A stretch of 64,000 nucleotides of DNA from Candidatus Omnitrophota bacterium. Its GTDB lineage: Bacteria > Omnitrophota > Gorgyraeia > Duberdicusellales > 4484-171. Under the pieces are notes generated by a model, which worked only from the letters and a program-made list of their open reading frames with translations, did not search any database and was not told the origin of the DNA. The stretch is from assembly GCA_003154195.1 (NCBI GenBank), contig PMCS01000030.1:123446-187445 (forward strand). Reading direction: 5' to 3'. This document shows positions 27,252-36,900 of this stretch, one piece after another (position 1 is the stretch's first letter; every line of letters begins with the position of its first letter). The translations under genes were made by a program, and so were the position numbers.

Positions 27252-28823
27252 ATGAAGAATAACGAGAAAGTAAATATAGGAATGATCGGGTTGGGTTATT
27301 GGGGAAAGAATATTTTACGTAATCTTGTCGAGTTGGGGGCAGTATACGGAGCCTGTGACTCCAACGCCGGTGTTATCGCCGAACGGAAAAAAGATTTTCC
27401 CAATTTGACCTATTTTTCCGATTATAAACAATTGCTGGCCGATGATCGGATGAAGGCGGTTGTTATTGCCGCTCCCGCGGCAGCTCATTATCAATTAGCC
27501 AAGGACGCGCTTTGCCGGGATAAGGATGTTTTTGTGGAGAAGCCTTTAGCGCTTACTTATGAACACGGACGGGAGCTGGCAGATCTGGCGGAACGCAAAG
27601 GAAAGATTTTGATGGTCGGCCATATCCTGAATTACCATCCTGCCTTATTGAAAATGAAAGATTTAATCGCCGGGGGCGATTTAGGGAAGATCCAGTATGT
27701 ATATTCAAATCGTTTGAATATAGGGAAGCTTAGAGTTGAAGAAAATATTCTTTGGAGTTTCGCTCCCCATGATATTTCGGCGATGCTGATGCTTTTAGAA
27801 GAAGAACCGGTAAGGGTGACTTGCTTTGCCGCTGATTATCTTAACGAAAATGTTTACGACGTTACTTTAAGTTCTTTCGAATTTAAAAATAAAGTTAAAG
27901 CTCATATTTTTGTCAGCTGGCTGCACCCCTTTAAAGAACAAAAACTTGTTGTTGTCGGTTCTAAGGCAATGGCGGTTTTTGACGACCTGGCTAAAGAAAA
28001 ACTTATCGTTTACCCTCATACGATCGAGTGGCGGAACGGCAAAATCCCCGTTTCTAACAAAGCGGAAGGTATAAGCGTTGACGTAGAGGAAAAAGAGCCC
28101 TTAAAAGAGGAGCTCAAACATTTTATAGAGTGTGTTGCCAGTCGCAATACCCCCCGGACCGACGCTAAAGAGGCTTTGCGTGTTTTAAAAGTTCTTGAAG
28201 CCGCGGAGGAGTCAATTAGATCATGCTCCGGAGCGCGAACGGCGATGGAAAATAAAAAACATTTTATCCATTCCAGCGCGGTTATCGATGAAAACGTTGA
28301 TATCGGCGAGGGGACGAAAATCTGGCATTTTTCTCATATTCTGAAAAATGTTACTATCGGTAAAAATTGCGTTGTCGGCCAGAATGTGATGATCGGGCCC
28401 GATGCCGTAGTCGGCAGCAATTGCAAAATACAGAACAATGTTTCGCTTTACAAAGGCGTAACGCTTCAGGATGACGTTTTTTGCGGCCCGAGTTGCGTGT
28501 TTACCAACGTTATCAATCCTCGTTCGTTTATCGAACGTAAAGATGAATTTAAAGATACGCTGGTTAAAAAAGGCGCTACCATCGGCGCCAACGCGACGAT
28601 TATCTGCGGTGTTGATATCGGCAGCTACAGCTTGGTCGGCGCGGGGGCGGTGGTTACCAGGGATGTAAGCGATTATGCGCTTGTCGCGGGAGTCCCGGCT
28701 AAGCAAATCGGCTGGGTATGCGTTTGTGGAACGACGTTAAGTTTACGCAAAAATAACGCAAAATGTATCAGGTGCCAAAGGCGTTATAAATTTAATGCCG
28801 GCAGGTTAAGCGAAAAAAAATAA
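27252..28823 (+). CDS. fusion protein: Gfo/Idh/MocA sugar dehydrogenase (WbpB-like) plus left-handed beta-helix N-acetyltransferase (WbpD-like), with a C-terminal Cys4 ribbon
   Basis: N-terminal [13 protein letters not shown] Rossmann domain; C-terminal hexapeptide repeats ([25 protein letters not shown]...) ending in [20 protein letters not shown]. Confidence 0.7.
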   Translation: MKNNEKVNIGMIGLGYWGKNILRNLVELGAVYGACDSNAGVIAERKKDFPNLTYFSDYKQLLADDRMKAVVIAAPAAAHYQLAKDALCRDKDVFVEKPLALTYEHGRELADLAERKGKILMVGHILNYHPALLKMKDLIAGGDLGKIQYVYSNRLNIGKLRVEENILWSFAPHDISAMLMLLEEEPVRVTCFAADYLNENVYDVTLSSFEFKNKVKAHIFVSWLHPFKEQKLVVVGSKAMAVFDDLAKEKLIVYPHTIEWRNGKIPVSNKAEGISVDVEEKEPLKEELKHFIECVASRNTPRTDAKEALRVLKVLEAAEESIRSCSGARTAMENKKHFIHSSAVIDENVDIGEGTKIWHFSHILKNVTIGKNCVVGQNVMIGPDAVVGSNCKIQNNVSLYKGVTLQDDVFCGPSCVFTNVINPRSFIERKDEFKDTLVKKGATIGANATIICGVDIGSYSLVGAGAVVTRDVSDYALVAGVPAKQIGWVCVCGTTLSLRKNNAKCIRCQRRYKFNAGRLSEKK

Positions 28824-28841
28824 GCCGGGATATCGGATGCG

Positions 28842-29801
28842 ATGGACAAAATATTTCATAGAGACAGTATTTTTAAAAATACCCGAAAAGCCTGGCAAAA
28901 GTATAAAGATAACCCCAGGGTTTTTAATTTCCCCGAAAGAATTACCGTCGAAATAACCAACCGGTGCAATCTGAAGTGTTTTATGTGCCCCCGTAATTTT
29001 GTCGATATGAAGTTGGGCGATATGCAACCGGCGTTATTTAAAAAAATAATTAATGAGGCGGCGAATTTTTTACCGGTAGCGCTTGTGCCGTTTTTCCGGG
29101 GAGAATCGCTGCTCCACCACGATTTTTTGGAGATGCTTTCCTATGCTAAGGGAAAAGGCATCGCGCCGATCCAGCTTGCGACTAACGCTTATTTTTTAAA
29201 TTCTACCATTGCGAGAAGAATCATCGATCTTGAGATTGATTTTATTTCCTTCAGCGTCGACGCCAACAGTCCGCGGATTTATGAAAAGATCAGGAAGAAC
29301 TCGGATTTTAAAAGAGTATTCTCCAATATATTGGATTTTATCTCGCATAAGAAAAATAAAGGCGCAAAGTTGCCTTTTCTCCAGGTCTCCGCGGTAAAAA
29401 CCGATAAGAACAAGCTTTTTATCTCTGATTTTATAAATTTTTGGCGCGATAAAGTCGATAGGGTGCGAATATACCGGCAGCATTCCCTGAACGGAGAGTT
29501 GGGCCGCGTTAAGGCCGTTTCCGGCAGGAGGAAACCTTGTTTAAAGCTGCTTACCGATATGGTGGTTTATTGGAATGGCGACGTAGCGCTTTGCAACCAT
29601 GATTGGCAGAGAAATGTTTTTATTGGAAATGTCAACAACCGTTCGTTGGAGGATATCTTCGGCGGCGCGGTTTATAACTGTATACGGGGAAAACATCTTA
29701 ATAATACCCTGAAAGGTTTTATGCCGTGTGAATCTTGTTCGCATTGGAAAGTCCACTATCAAAAAAGAACACTCATGGGTGAAGCCTATGAAAAAATTTA
29801 A
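28842..29801 (+). CDS. radical SAM domain protein with a SPASM-like C-terminal Cys cluster
   Basis: CNLKCFMC is a CxxxCxxC motif; the C-terminal region CLKLL...CNHDW...CESCSHW carries additional cysteines. Confidence 0.7.
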   Translation: MDKIFHRDSIFKNTRKAWQKYKDNPRVFNFPERITVEITNRCNLKCFMCPRNFVDMKLGDMQPALFKKIINEAANFLPVALVPFFRGESLLHHDFLEMLSYAKGKGIAPIQLATNAYFLNSTIARRIIDLEIDFISFSVDANSPRIYEKIRKNSDFKRVFSNILDFISHKKNKGAKLPFLQVSAVKTDKNKLFISDFINFWRDKVDRVRIYRQHSLNGELGRVKAVSGRRKPCLKLLTDMVVYWNGDVALCNHDWQRNVFIGNVNNRSLEDIFGGAVYNCIRGKHLNNTLKGFMPCESCSHWKVHYQKRTLMGEAYEKI

Positions 29802-30909
29802 TTTTCCCATTATCAAGCCTTACGCGTGGGGTAAAGAATTGTCTAATGTCGCGAAGGTTTTGGCCAGCGGTTGGTTGACGCAAGGCCCTTATGCCGATAG
29901 ATTAGAAAAGAAGATAAACGCGTATATCGGTTCGCGGTTCTCTTTTCTGGTTAATTCTGCGACCTCAGGCTTGATCGCGGGCCTGGAGGCTTTAGGTTTA
30001 CAAAGCGGCGATGAGGTAATCGTGCCGTCTTTTACTTTTCCCGCCACCGCTAATTCTGTGGTTATCGCCGGAGGAAGACCGGTTTTTTGCGATATCGATT
30101 TGGCGACGTTTAATATTGACGCGGACAAGATTGAAGCTTTGATTACCGGAAAGACGAAAGGGATTATCGCGGTGCATGCCTTCGGGCTTGCGGCGGATAT
30201 GGCCGCGGTTAGAAAAATTGCCGGTAAACACCGTTTATTTATTATTGAGGATGCCGCTTGTTCTTTCGGCGCGGAATACCAGGGAAGGAAAACCGGTTTA
30301 TTTTCCGATGTCGGCGTATTTTCTTTTCACCCCCGTAAAATAATAACCTGCGGCGAAGGAGGGTGTGTTGTTACGAACAATAGAGAGACAGCGAAAAAAA
30401 TTGCTTGCTTGCGCAATCATGGCGAGTACGATAAGAAATTTATAAACCGCGGATATAATTTTCGTTTGTCGGATATCCAGGCGGCGGTTTTGGACGCTCA
30501 GATGGAGAGAGTCGACGCAATCATCGAACGGCGCATTAAACTTTCCCGAAATTACCAAGCTTTGCTTAAGCCTTGGGAGAAAAGAGGAATTTTGAAAGCG
30601 CCCTTATGCCCGCGGGGATACCGGCATATTTATCAATCTTATGTCGTTTTGCTGGCGGATTATGTTGACCGGGATAAAGTAAAGATGTTTTTAAAGGGGA
30701 AAAGCATAGAGACACAGTTCGGCACCTATTGCGTTCCCGCGCTTGATTACTATCTTAAAAATTTTCCTGCGCCGAAGGAGGCATACGCTGACGCGTATTA
30801 CGCGTTTGCCCATTCCCTTGCGCTTCCTTTATATCATACATTGAGCGCCGGCGACCAGGAATATATTATCGGCAGGCTAAACCAGGCGATTAACATGGTT
30901 GCGCGATAA
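29788..30909 (+). CDS. DegT/DnrJ/EryC1/StrS-family PLP-dependent sugar aminotransferase (WbpE-like)
   Basis: Fold-type I aminotransferase motifs for nucleotide-sugar amination. Start taken at MKKFNFPIIKPYAWG. Confidence 0.85.
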   Translation: MKKFNFPIIKPYAWGKELSNVAKVLASGWLTQGPYADRLEKKINAYIGSRFSFLVNSATSGLIAGLEALGLQSGDEVIVPSFTFPATANSVVIAGGRPVFCDIDLATFNIDADKIEALITGKTKGIIAVHAFGLAADMAAVRKIAGKHRLFIIEDAACSFGAEYQGRKTGLFSDVGVFSFHPRKIITCGEGGCVVTNNRETAKKIACLRNHGEYDKKFINRGYNFRLSDIQAAVLDAQMERVDAIIERRIKLSRNYQALLKPWEKRGILKAPLCPRGYRHIYQSYVVLLADYVDRDKVKMFLKGKSIETQFGTYCVPALDYYLKNFPAPKEAYADAYYAFAHSLALPLYHTLSAGDQEYIIGRLNQAINMVAR

Positions 30910-30970
30910 CGCAACGATTATAATACAGAAAAATGCGTAAGTTGTATTTTTTCACTTGGCGGGAGGCGGT

Positions 30971-32863
30971 ATGTGCGCGATAACGGGGATTATAAACCTC
31001 ACGAAAAACCCGGTCGATAGGAAGATACTGTGGGATATGACCGACGCGTTAGCCCATCGCGGCCCGGATGGCCGAGGTATCTATATCGATCATTATCTTG
31101 GTCTGGGCCATCGGCGTTTGGCGATAATTGATTTATCTGATGCGGCATCGCAGCCGATGCGTAGCGCGGATAAAAATTTTGTCGTAAGCTATAACGGCGA
31201 AATATATAATTTTTGCGCGTTACGCAGCCAGCTAAAGCATCGTTACGATTTTCGTTCGCGTTCCGATACGGAAGTAGTGGTTAACGCTTTCGCGGCGTGG
31301 GGCGTTAATGCCCTGAAAAAGTTCAACGGGATGTTCGCGCTGGCGTTGTGGGACAAGCGCAGCAGGACTCTTACCCTGGCGCGGGACAGGTATGGAATAA
31401 AACCGTTGTATTACTGGCGCAACGAAAAAGTTTTTATTTTTGCTTCGGAAATAAAGGCCTTTCTAAAGCATCCGGAATTTAAAGCCGTCGTGGATCGCGA
31501 AGCGCTTCTCGAATATTTTACTTTCCAAAATAATTTTACCGATAAAACATTGTTTAATGGGGTCAAGCTCTTGCCCGCCGGTTCTTTTTTACAGGTTTCC
31601 CTTAAAGAAGGAGCAGCGATCAATGCGCATTGTTATTGGGATTTTTGTTTTAAAGAAGAAAAATCATTGAAAAATAACAATGAGTACTATGAAGAGCTTG
31701 ACCGGTTATTTAAACGGGCGGTAAAACGCCAGCTTGTCGGCGACGTGGAGGTAGGGTCGTTTTTGAGCGGGGGGATCGACTCCGGTTCGATCGTCGCCGC
31801 GGCGAGCCATTATCAACCGGGCTTAAAGACTTTTTGCGTGGGGTTTGACCTTTCTTCGGCATCGGGATTAGAGTTGTCGTTTGACGAAAGGAAAAAAGCC
31901 GAGAGGCTTTCTTATCTTTATCAAACCGAGCATTACGAGATGGTTTTGAAATCCGGGGACATGAAACGCTGTCTTCCCCGATTGATATGGTCACTGGAGG
32001 ACCTTCGCCTGGGGCAGAGTTACCCCAATTTTTACGCCGCTAAAATTGCTTCACGTTTTGTTAAGGTCTGCCTCTCCGGTATCGGCGGAGACGAGTTGTT
32101 CGCGGGTTATCCGTGGCGATATTATCGTACCATACACAGCAAGAACTTTACCCATTATATCGAAGAGTATTATCGATATTGGCAGAGGCTTGTGCCTAAT
32201 AAGATTATCAGGAATTTATTTTCTCCGGTATGGGATAGCGTGAAGCATGTTTGGACCCAGGATATATTCAAGAATGTTTTTCCTCCCCGGATGTCTTTGC
32301 CTCGCACGGCGGAAGACTATATAAACCATTCTTTATATTTTGAAGGGAAGACATTTTTAAACGGCCTTTTTATCGTCGAAGATAAGCTGAGTATGGCCAA
32401 TAGTATGGAAGTGCGCGTTCCCTTTTTTGATAACGATCTTGTCGATTTTGCCATGAAGATTCCCGTGAAACTAAAATTAAAAAACATAAAAAAGGTTTTA
32501 AGCATTGATGAAGATGAGCTTGCGAAAAGGGAAAAATATTTTGCAAGGATGCGCGATGGGAAAATTATATTGCGAAAAGTCTTCGGCAAATACGTTGACG
32601 ACAGTATAATCAAACAGTATAAGCAGGGGTTCAGCGGCCCGGATGCGAGCTGGTTCAGGGGGGAGAGTATCGAATATGTTAAGACGCTATTGTTAAGCCG
32701 GAAGGCGAATATCTATGATTATTTTGATTACCGGACGGTTCAGTCGTTGATTGCGGAACATCTCGGCGGTAAATTTAACCGGCGTCTTTTTATCTGGTCT
32801 CTTTTGTGCTTCGAATGGTGGCTTAAGATTTTTATATCGGGCAAAGCGCAGGAAAAACTTTAA
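30971..32863 (+). CDS. asparagine synthase (glutamine-hydrolysing) family amidotransferase (WbpS-like)
   Basis: The N-terminal nucleophile Cys follows Met (MCAITGI) and a PP-loop SGGIDSG is present. 631 aa. Confidence 0.85.
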   Translation: MCAITGIINLTKNPVDRKILWDMTDALAHRGPDGRGIYIDHYLGLGHRRLAIIDLSDAASQPMRSADKNFVVSYNGEIYNFCALRSQLKHRYDFRSRSDTEVVVNAFAAWGVNALKKFNGMFALALWDKRSRTLTLARDRYGIKPLYYWRNEKVFIFASEIKAFLKHPEFKAVVDREALLEYFTFQNNFTDKTLFNGVKLLPAGSFLQVSLKEGAAINAHCYWDFCFKEEKSLKNNNEYYEELDRLFKRAVKRQLVGDVEVGSFLSGGIDSGSIVAAASHYQPGLKTFCVGFDLSSASGLELSFDERKKAERLSYLYQTEHYEMVLKSGDMKRCLPRLIWSLEDLRLGQSYPNFYAAKIASRFVKVCLSGIGGDELFAGYPWRYYRTIHSKNFTHYIEEYYRYWQRLVPNKIIRNLFSPVWDSVKHVWTQDIFKNVFPPRMSLPRTAEDYINHSLYFEGKTFLNGLFIVEDKLSMANSMEVRVPFFDNDLVDFAMKIPVKLKLKNIKKVLSIDEDELAKREKYFARMRDGKIILRKVFGKYVDDSIIKQYKQGFSGPDASWFRGESIEYVKTLLLSRKANIYDYFDYRTVQSLIAEHLGGKFNRRLFIWSLLCFEWWLKIFISGKAQEKL

Positions 32864-32878
32864 CCGGAGAGGTTTCTT

Positions 32879-33454
32879 ATGCGAAGACAAAATAAAATTT
32901 CGCACAAACAGATTATTGCCGCGCATCATTTATTGCGCGATGATATCTTAAGAAAATGGAAAAGGGTTTTGCCGCTTAACGAGGCGTTTGGCGATAGATG
33001 GGAAAAGGCTCGTTATCTGGGTTTTGGAAAAAATACGAGTATCTATGATTCCAGTTTTATTTTCGGCGATGTTAAAGTGGGCGAGAATACCTGGATCGGC
33101 CCGTTTACGCTTTTGGACGGGAGCGCCGGGCTATCGATAGGAAGTTTTTGTTCGGTATCGGCGGGGGTGCAGATATATACCCATGACAGTGTCGCGTGGG
33201 CTATCTCCGGCGGGAAAGCTAAATATGCGTATGCCCCGGTGGCGATCGGCGATTGTTCTTATATCGGGCCAAACGCCGTGATATCTAAAGGCGTGGTTAT
33301 CGGCAATCATTGTATTGTGGGTGCCGGCAGCTTTGTGAATAAGAATATACCATCGTTTTCTGCCGCTTTTGGTATCCCTGTCAAGGTGGTCGGCAGGGTG
33401 AAGATCGATAGGAACGGCGCGGTAACGATAGTCTATAAGAAAAATAAATCATAG
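32879..33454 (+). CDS. hexapeptide-repeat acetyltransferase (WbbJ/LacA-like)
   Basis: Left-handed beta-helix repeats VGENTWIGPFTLLDGSAGLSIGSFCSVSAGVQI. Confidence 0.7.
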   Translation: MRRQNKISHKQIIAAHHLLRDDILRKWKRVLPLNEAFGDRWEKARYLGFGKNTSIYDSSFIFGDVKVGENTWIGPFTLLDGSAGLSIGSFCSVSAGVQIYTHDSVAWAISGGKAKYAYAPVAIGDCSYIGPNAVISKGVVIGNHCIVGAGSFVNKNIPSFSAAFGIPVKVVGRVKIDRNGAVTIVYKKNKS

Positions 33455-33462
33455 GAGATATC

Positions 33463-33873
33463 ATGAGCCATCTTGATACCCGGAAAAGTTTTACGCTTAT
33501 TGAGCTTAGTATTGTTCTTGTTATTTTGGGCGTGTTGGCTACTCTTTCGCTTAATTATGCAGGGATTATGCACGAAAAGACGCTTGGCCGGGAAGCGGCG
33601 TCGCAGTTGAAACTTATCCAGTCCGCGTTAGAAGCTTTGCGCGTCGAAACCAATGCCGACAGCTATACGCCTTGCGGGCCTACCGCGGATTGCAACGCTA
33701 AGCTTCGTATTATACTGCCCGGTAACGGTAATTGGATTTATTCGGTTATGGCAGCAGGAAACGGCGCCGGCGCTACTTATACGGCTACGGCAACCCGGCA
33801 GGGAATAGCATTATGCACCTATACCATCAATCAAGCGCAGACAGATCCGGTGAATAATGGTTGCCAGCCGTAG
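33463..33873 (+). CDS. type IV pilin-like protein (prepilin-type N-terminal domain)
   Basis: RBS AGGAGA, then MSHLDTRKSFTLIELSIVLVILGVLATL. 136 aa with a Cys pair near the C-terminus. Confidence 0.6.
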   Translation: MSHLDTRKSFTLIELSIVLVILGVLATLSLNYAGIMHEKTLGREAASQLKLIQSALEALRVETNADSYTPCGPTADCNAKLRIILPGNGNWIYSVMAAGNGAGATYTATATRQGIALCTYTINQAQTDPVNNGCQP

Positions 33874-33914
33874 CGTCGGGCGATTGGCAGAAAGATTGTG
33901 CTTTGGCCGAATTT

Positions 33915-35348
33915 ATGAATAAAACCAGTCGTTATGATTTAATCAGCCTGAGCGTGATTGCGCTCGTCAGTATTTTTTCGCTCTGCCGGTTTAATTATCT
34001 CCCCCAATTTATTGACGGTTATTATCATTTATCCGTGGCTAACGCTTTTTTGAAATCCGGCGGCTGGGTAGGCTGGTCCTGGTGGGATTTTGCGCCGTTA
34101 GGCCGGCCGCATCTATATCCGCCTTTATATCATTTTATCTTAGCGGGCTTAATCAAATCCGGGATCAGCGGTATCAACGCCGTGCGGCTTACCGAAGTTT
34201 CAATTGTTCCTTTATTTTTTATAAACGTATGGTATGTTTTTCGGCGGCTCACCGGCGTTAAATTCGCTTTTTTTACTACCTTTATCTTAAGCGGATTTTT
34301 CCCTTTTTATTCCTCGGTTTCCGCCAATGTCCCGGCCAGCCTTGCCTTAATTTTTGGGGTTTTTACCTGGTTTTTTACGGCGCGACGACAAACCCGCCGC
34401 GCCGTGTTGATGCTAACTCTGTGTTTTTATACTCATGCGGCAATACCCTGGCTATTTTTTATTTCTCTTGTTTTTGCCGCGGTCTTCGATCAAGATTATC
34501 GAAAAATTATTTTAAAAATAATTATCCTCAGCCTTATTTTTTATTCGCCCCTCCTTGATCATCAAATTAAATACCTGAGTTATCTTAACATAAAGGTATG
34601 GGCTGAAGCGTCTTATACTTATGTTAATATTTTTGTCATGCTTTTCGGATTATTCTCGTTATTCAAAAATTTACGAAATAACACCCTGGCTTACCGATTT
34701 TTTTTAGGATATGTTTTAGCCGGGGCGGTTATCTTTGCGAAATATCCCTATCGTTTTTTCAGCGCGCAAGGTTTTATCGGTCCGGCGCTTATCAGCGCGT
34801 GGCTGCTTGAGCAGGCGGTGAAGCCGTTGAAAGGTTTAGGTTTACATTTATTTGTCGTTGCCGTAAGCGTTTATTTGTTTTTATTCAGTTCTATACTCAG
34901 TATTAATAGGGGAGACCCTAAGGTTGAGCTGATGGCGTCAACTTGCTATAAATTTATCAACGGCAGTATGCTTGATGTCGGTCAATATCAATCATCATTT
35001 TATCCCGGGTATTATAATGATGTTATCGCAGTGATTAAGAAGAATACTTCCCCCGATGACATAATTTCTTCCAACGTTATGGTTATTTCTCAGATTTTTT
35101 CAAGTCTTTGCAATCGGCCTTGCGCCAATTCCATGCTTATGGAGACGCGTCCGAAAAATATTTCCCATGGTTATGAGAATTCGAAAATTATCGTATGGCT
35201 TAAAGATGTGGCTGGAAGCAAAGGTGATTTTAAACATACGGGATGGGAAAAAATATTAGAAAATGACATTTTATATGTTTTTTTGAATCATAATTGCCGC
35301 GTGAAGGCGGTTATCCTGCCGGCTAAGATAAGATTTATCCGCGTATAG
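33915..35348 (+). CDS. polytopic membrane protein immediately downstream of the pilin; candidate pilin glycosyl/oligosaccharyl-transferase-like enzyme
   Basis: At least ten predicted TM helices plus a C-terminal soluble domain. The ORF track TTG at 33861 was replaced by ATG 33915. The functional call is an inference from synteny. Confidence 0.4.
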   Translation: MNKTSRYDLISLSVIALVSIFSLCRFNYLPQFIDGYYHLSVANAFLKSGGWVGWSWWDFAPLGRPHLYPPLYHFILAGLIKSGISGINAVRLTEVSIVPLFFINVWYVFRRLTGVKFAFFTTFILSGFFPFYSSVSANVPASLALIFGVFTWFFTARRQTRRAVLMLTLCFYTHAAIPWLFFISLVFAAVFDQDYRKIILKIIILSLIFYSPLLDHQIKYLSYLNIKVWAEASYTYVNIFVMLFGLFSLFKNLRNNTLAYRFFLGYVLAGAVIFAKYPYRFFSAQGFIGPALISAWLLEQAVKPLKGLGLHLFVVAVSVYLFLFSSILSINRGDPKVELMASTCYKFINGSMLDVGQYQSSFYPGYYNDVIAVIKKNTSPDDIISSNVMVISQIFSSLCNRPCANSMLMETRPKNISHGYENSKIIVWLKDVAGSKGDFKHTGWEKILENDILYVFLNHNCRVKAVILPAKIRFIRV

Positions 35349-35416
35349 GAAGAATTTGTCGCTATGTTTGTCGCCGGGGCGGTAGTATGGTATAATTTAG
35401 ATAGGGGATAGGGGAT

Positions 35417-35863
35417 ATGTTAACCAAAAAAAGCCCATTTTTTAGAGCATTCTTCCGGTTGAGGAAGGCTACCGGTTTCATCGAACTTATTGTGGCGGCG
35501 CTTATTTTATCCGCTGTGGTGGCCGGGCTTCTGTCTTCTTTTATCTCGGTGCGCAGTTACATCACCCATTCCAACAAACGGCTGGTATCGGCTAATCTGG
35601 GAAGAAGTATTTTGAGCCGGCTTGGCGGATGTGTCAGCGAGGCTTCATGGAACGTTAGCGGCACCGCGCTCTACGCGCCGCCGGGCCAAGCGTGGCAACC
35701 CCATACTGCCGGCGATGTGGCGGTGGGTTTAGGGCCGATTGATAATATAAATTACGATCCTGCTCCTGCCGGTTCTACCGGTTATCGGGTGCGGCGGGTC
35801 GAGACGCCGGCGGGCGACGAACGTTATCGCGAAGTCGAGGTAAATATTACCTATCCCGACTAA
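35417..35863 (+). CDS. minor pilin / pseudopilin (prepilin-type N-terminal cleavage/methylation domain)
   Basis: The G|FIELIVAALILSAVVAG motif. Confidence 0.6.
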   Translation: MLTKKSPFFRAFFRLRKATGFIELIVAALILSAVVAGLLSSFISVRSYITHSNKRLVSANLGRSILSRLGGCVSEASWNVSGTALYAPPGQAWQPHTAGDVAVGLGPIDNINYDPAPAGSTGYRVRRVETPAGDERYREVEVNITYPD

Positions 35864-35935
35864 TCAAAATAATGCTTACGCATTATTTTGATTAGTCGTA
35901 AACGAAAACGTAAAAACAAAACCTGAAAAAATTCT

Positions 35936-36622
35936 ATGGATTATCGGATTCTCGGTTTTCTTTCAAAATATTCCCAAAAAACAAAACGGCTGTATTTTTT
36001 TCCTACCTGCCGGCAGTCCGGTCGGAACCGAAAAAATGCGTCATGCTTGCCTGACGGTAGTCAGGAATTTTTCCGGTTTATAAAATCCGTTACGTTAATC
36101 GAATTGATAATTACGATGACTCTTTTCAGCGTGATCATTATTGCCGCCGGCTCTTTTGAGATCACCGCTAACCGGCTTTTTCTTTCTTCGGAAAGAAAAG
36201 CGGCGGTGCTTAATGAGATGACTTATGTTTTAGAGCATATCAATAAAAGTTCCCTCCGGGTGCATAGTATGGGCGGCGGTAGCGGCGTTCAAGTTACGCC
36301 CAATACGAGGATAGCGTTTAGGTTGGATAATAATCCGCCGACGCCGCTTGTCTTTACCGACGATATATGGGTAGCCTATCAATTTGATACTGCGACGAGT
36401 AATATAAGTTATTGTCCCAACTGGAATACAGCAGGGGCAGGGTCATGCACCGGAGCTTGGGAAGTATTAACTTCAAGATTAAATAGTGTGACTATTGCCA
36501 CTACTCCTTACGTCAGTTTGCAGCTTACGGGCGTGTACAATCCGGCGATAGCGAACGATTCCAGCATTAATCCTAACGTAACTGTTCAGACTACTATTTA
36601 TTGTCCCGGTTACTCCTCATAG
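35936..36622 (+). CDS. pilin-like protein with an unusually long leader; the true start is uncertain
   Basis: A KSVTLIELIITMTLFSVIIIAAGS prepilin-like hydrophobic segment follows a 46-aa N-terminal extension. A TTG or other internal start is possible. Confidence 0.4.
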   Translation: MDYRILGFLSKYSQKTKRLYFFPTCRQSGRNRKNASCLPDGSQEFFRFIKSVTLIELIITMTLFSVIIIAAGSFEITANRLFLSSERKAAVLNEMTYVLEHINKSSLRVHSMGGGSGVQVTPNTRIAFRLDNNPPTPLVFTDDIWVAYQFDTATSNISYCPNWNTAGAGSCTGAWEVLTSRLNSVTIATTPYVSLQLTGVYNPAIANDSSINPNVTVQTTIYCPGYSS

Positions 36623-36653
36623 CTTTTATTTTTTGCTGCGCAAAAAATAAAAG
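36623..36653. repeat. AT-rich palindrome, family A (CTTTTATTTTTTGCTGCGCAAAAAATAAAAG)
   Basis: Perfect inverted repeat. The same core occurs at 39659-39683, 46241-46265, 40053-40080, 52713-52740 and 47497-47525. Confidence 0.6.
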
Positions 36654-36868
36654 ATACCCTCTAACCGGCAAAGCGCTTTAGGCCAATCAGCCAGCCGCCG
36701 AATTGCCTCATAATTAGTATTGCCGCATCAAACACCAGAAGGTTTCAGCGCTTTACCAATACGGGATTATTATTGTTTTATTCTCTTTTAAGCGATAAGC
36801 CCTCCTGGGTAACGCTTATTTATTAGGCAATACTGCGGCGATGTGTTATCTTGCGGTGCCCGAAAAAT

Positions 36869-36877
36869 ATGATATAA
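36869..36877 (+). promoter_or_regulatory. extended -10 element TGATATAAT upstream of the OMP gene
   Basis: Sequence match about 25 nt upstream of ATG 36901. Confidence 0.3.
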
Positions 36878-36900
36878 TCCATATTTATATGGGCGGATCA

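Noticed and set aside
35936-36073. The 46-aa N-terminal extension of the last pilin-like gene treated as genuine leader.
   Set aside because: Prepilin leaders are normally shorter than 30 aa. The real start is more likely an internal or alternative start (a TTG is present before the hydrophobic segment), so the gene is kept with low confidence and an uncertain start.
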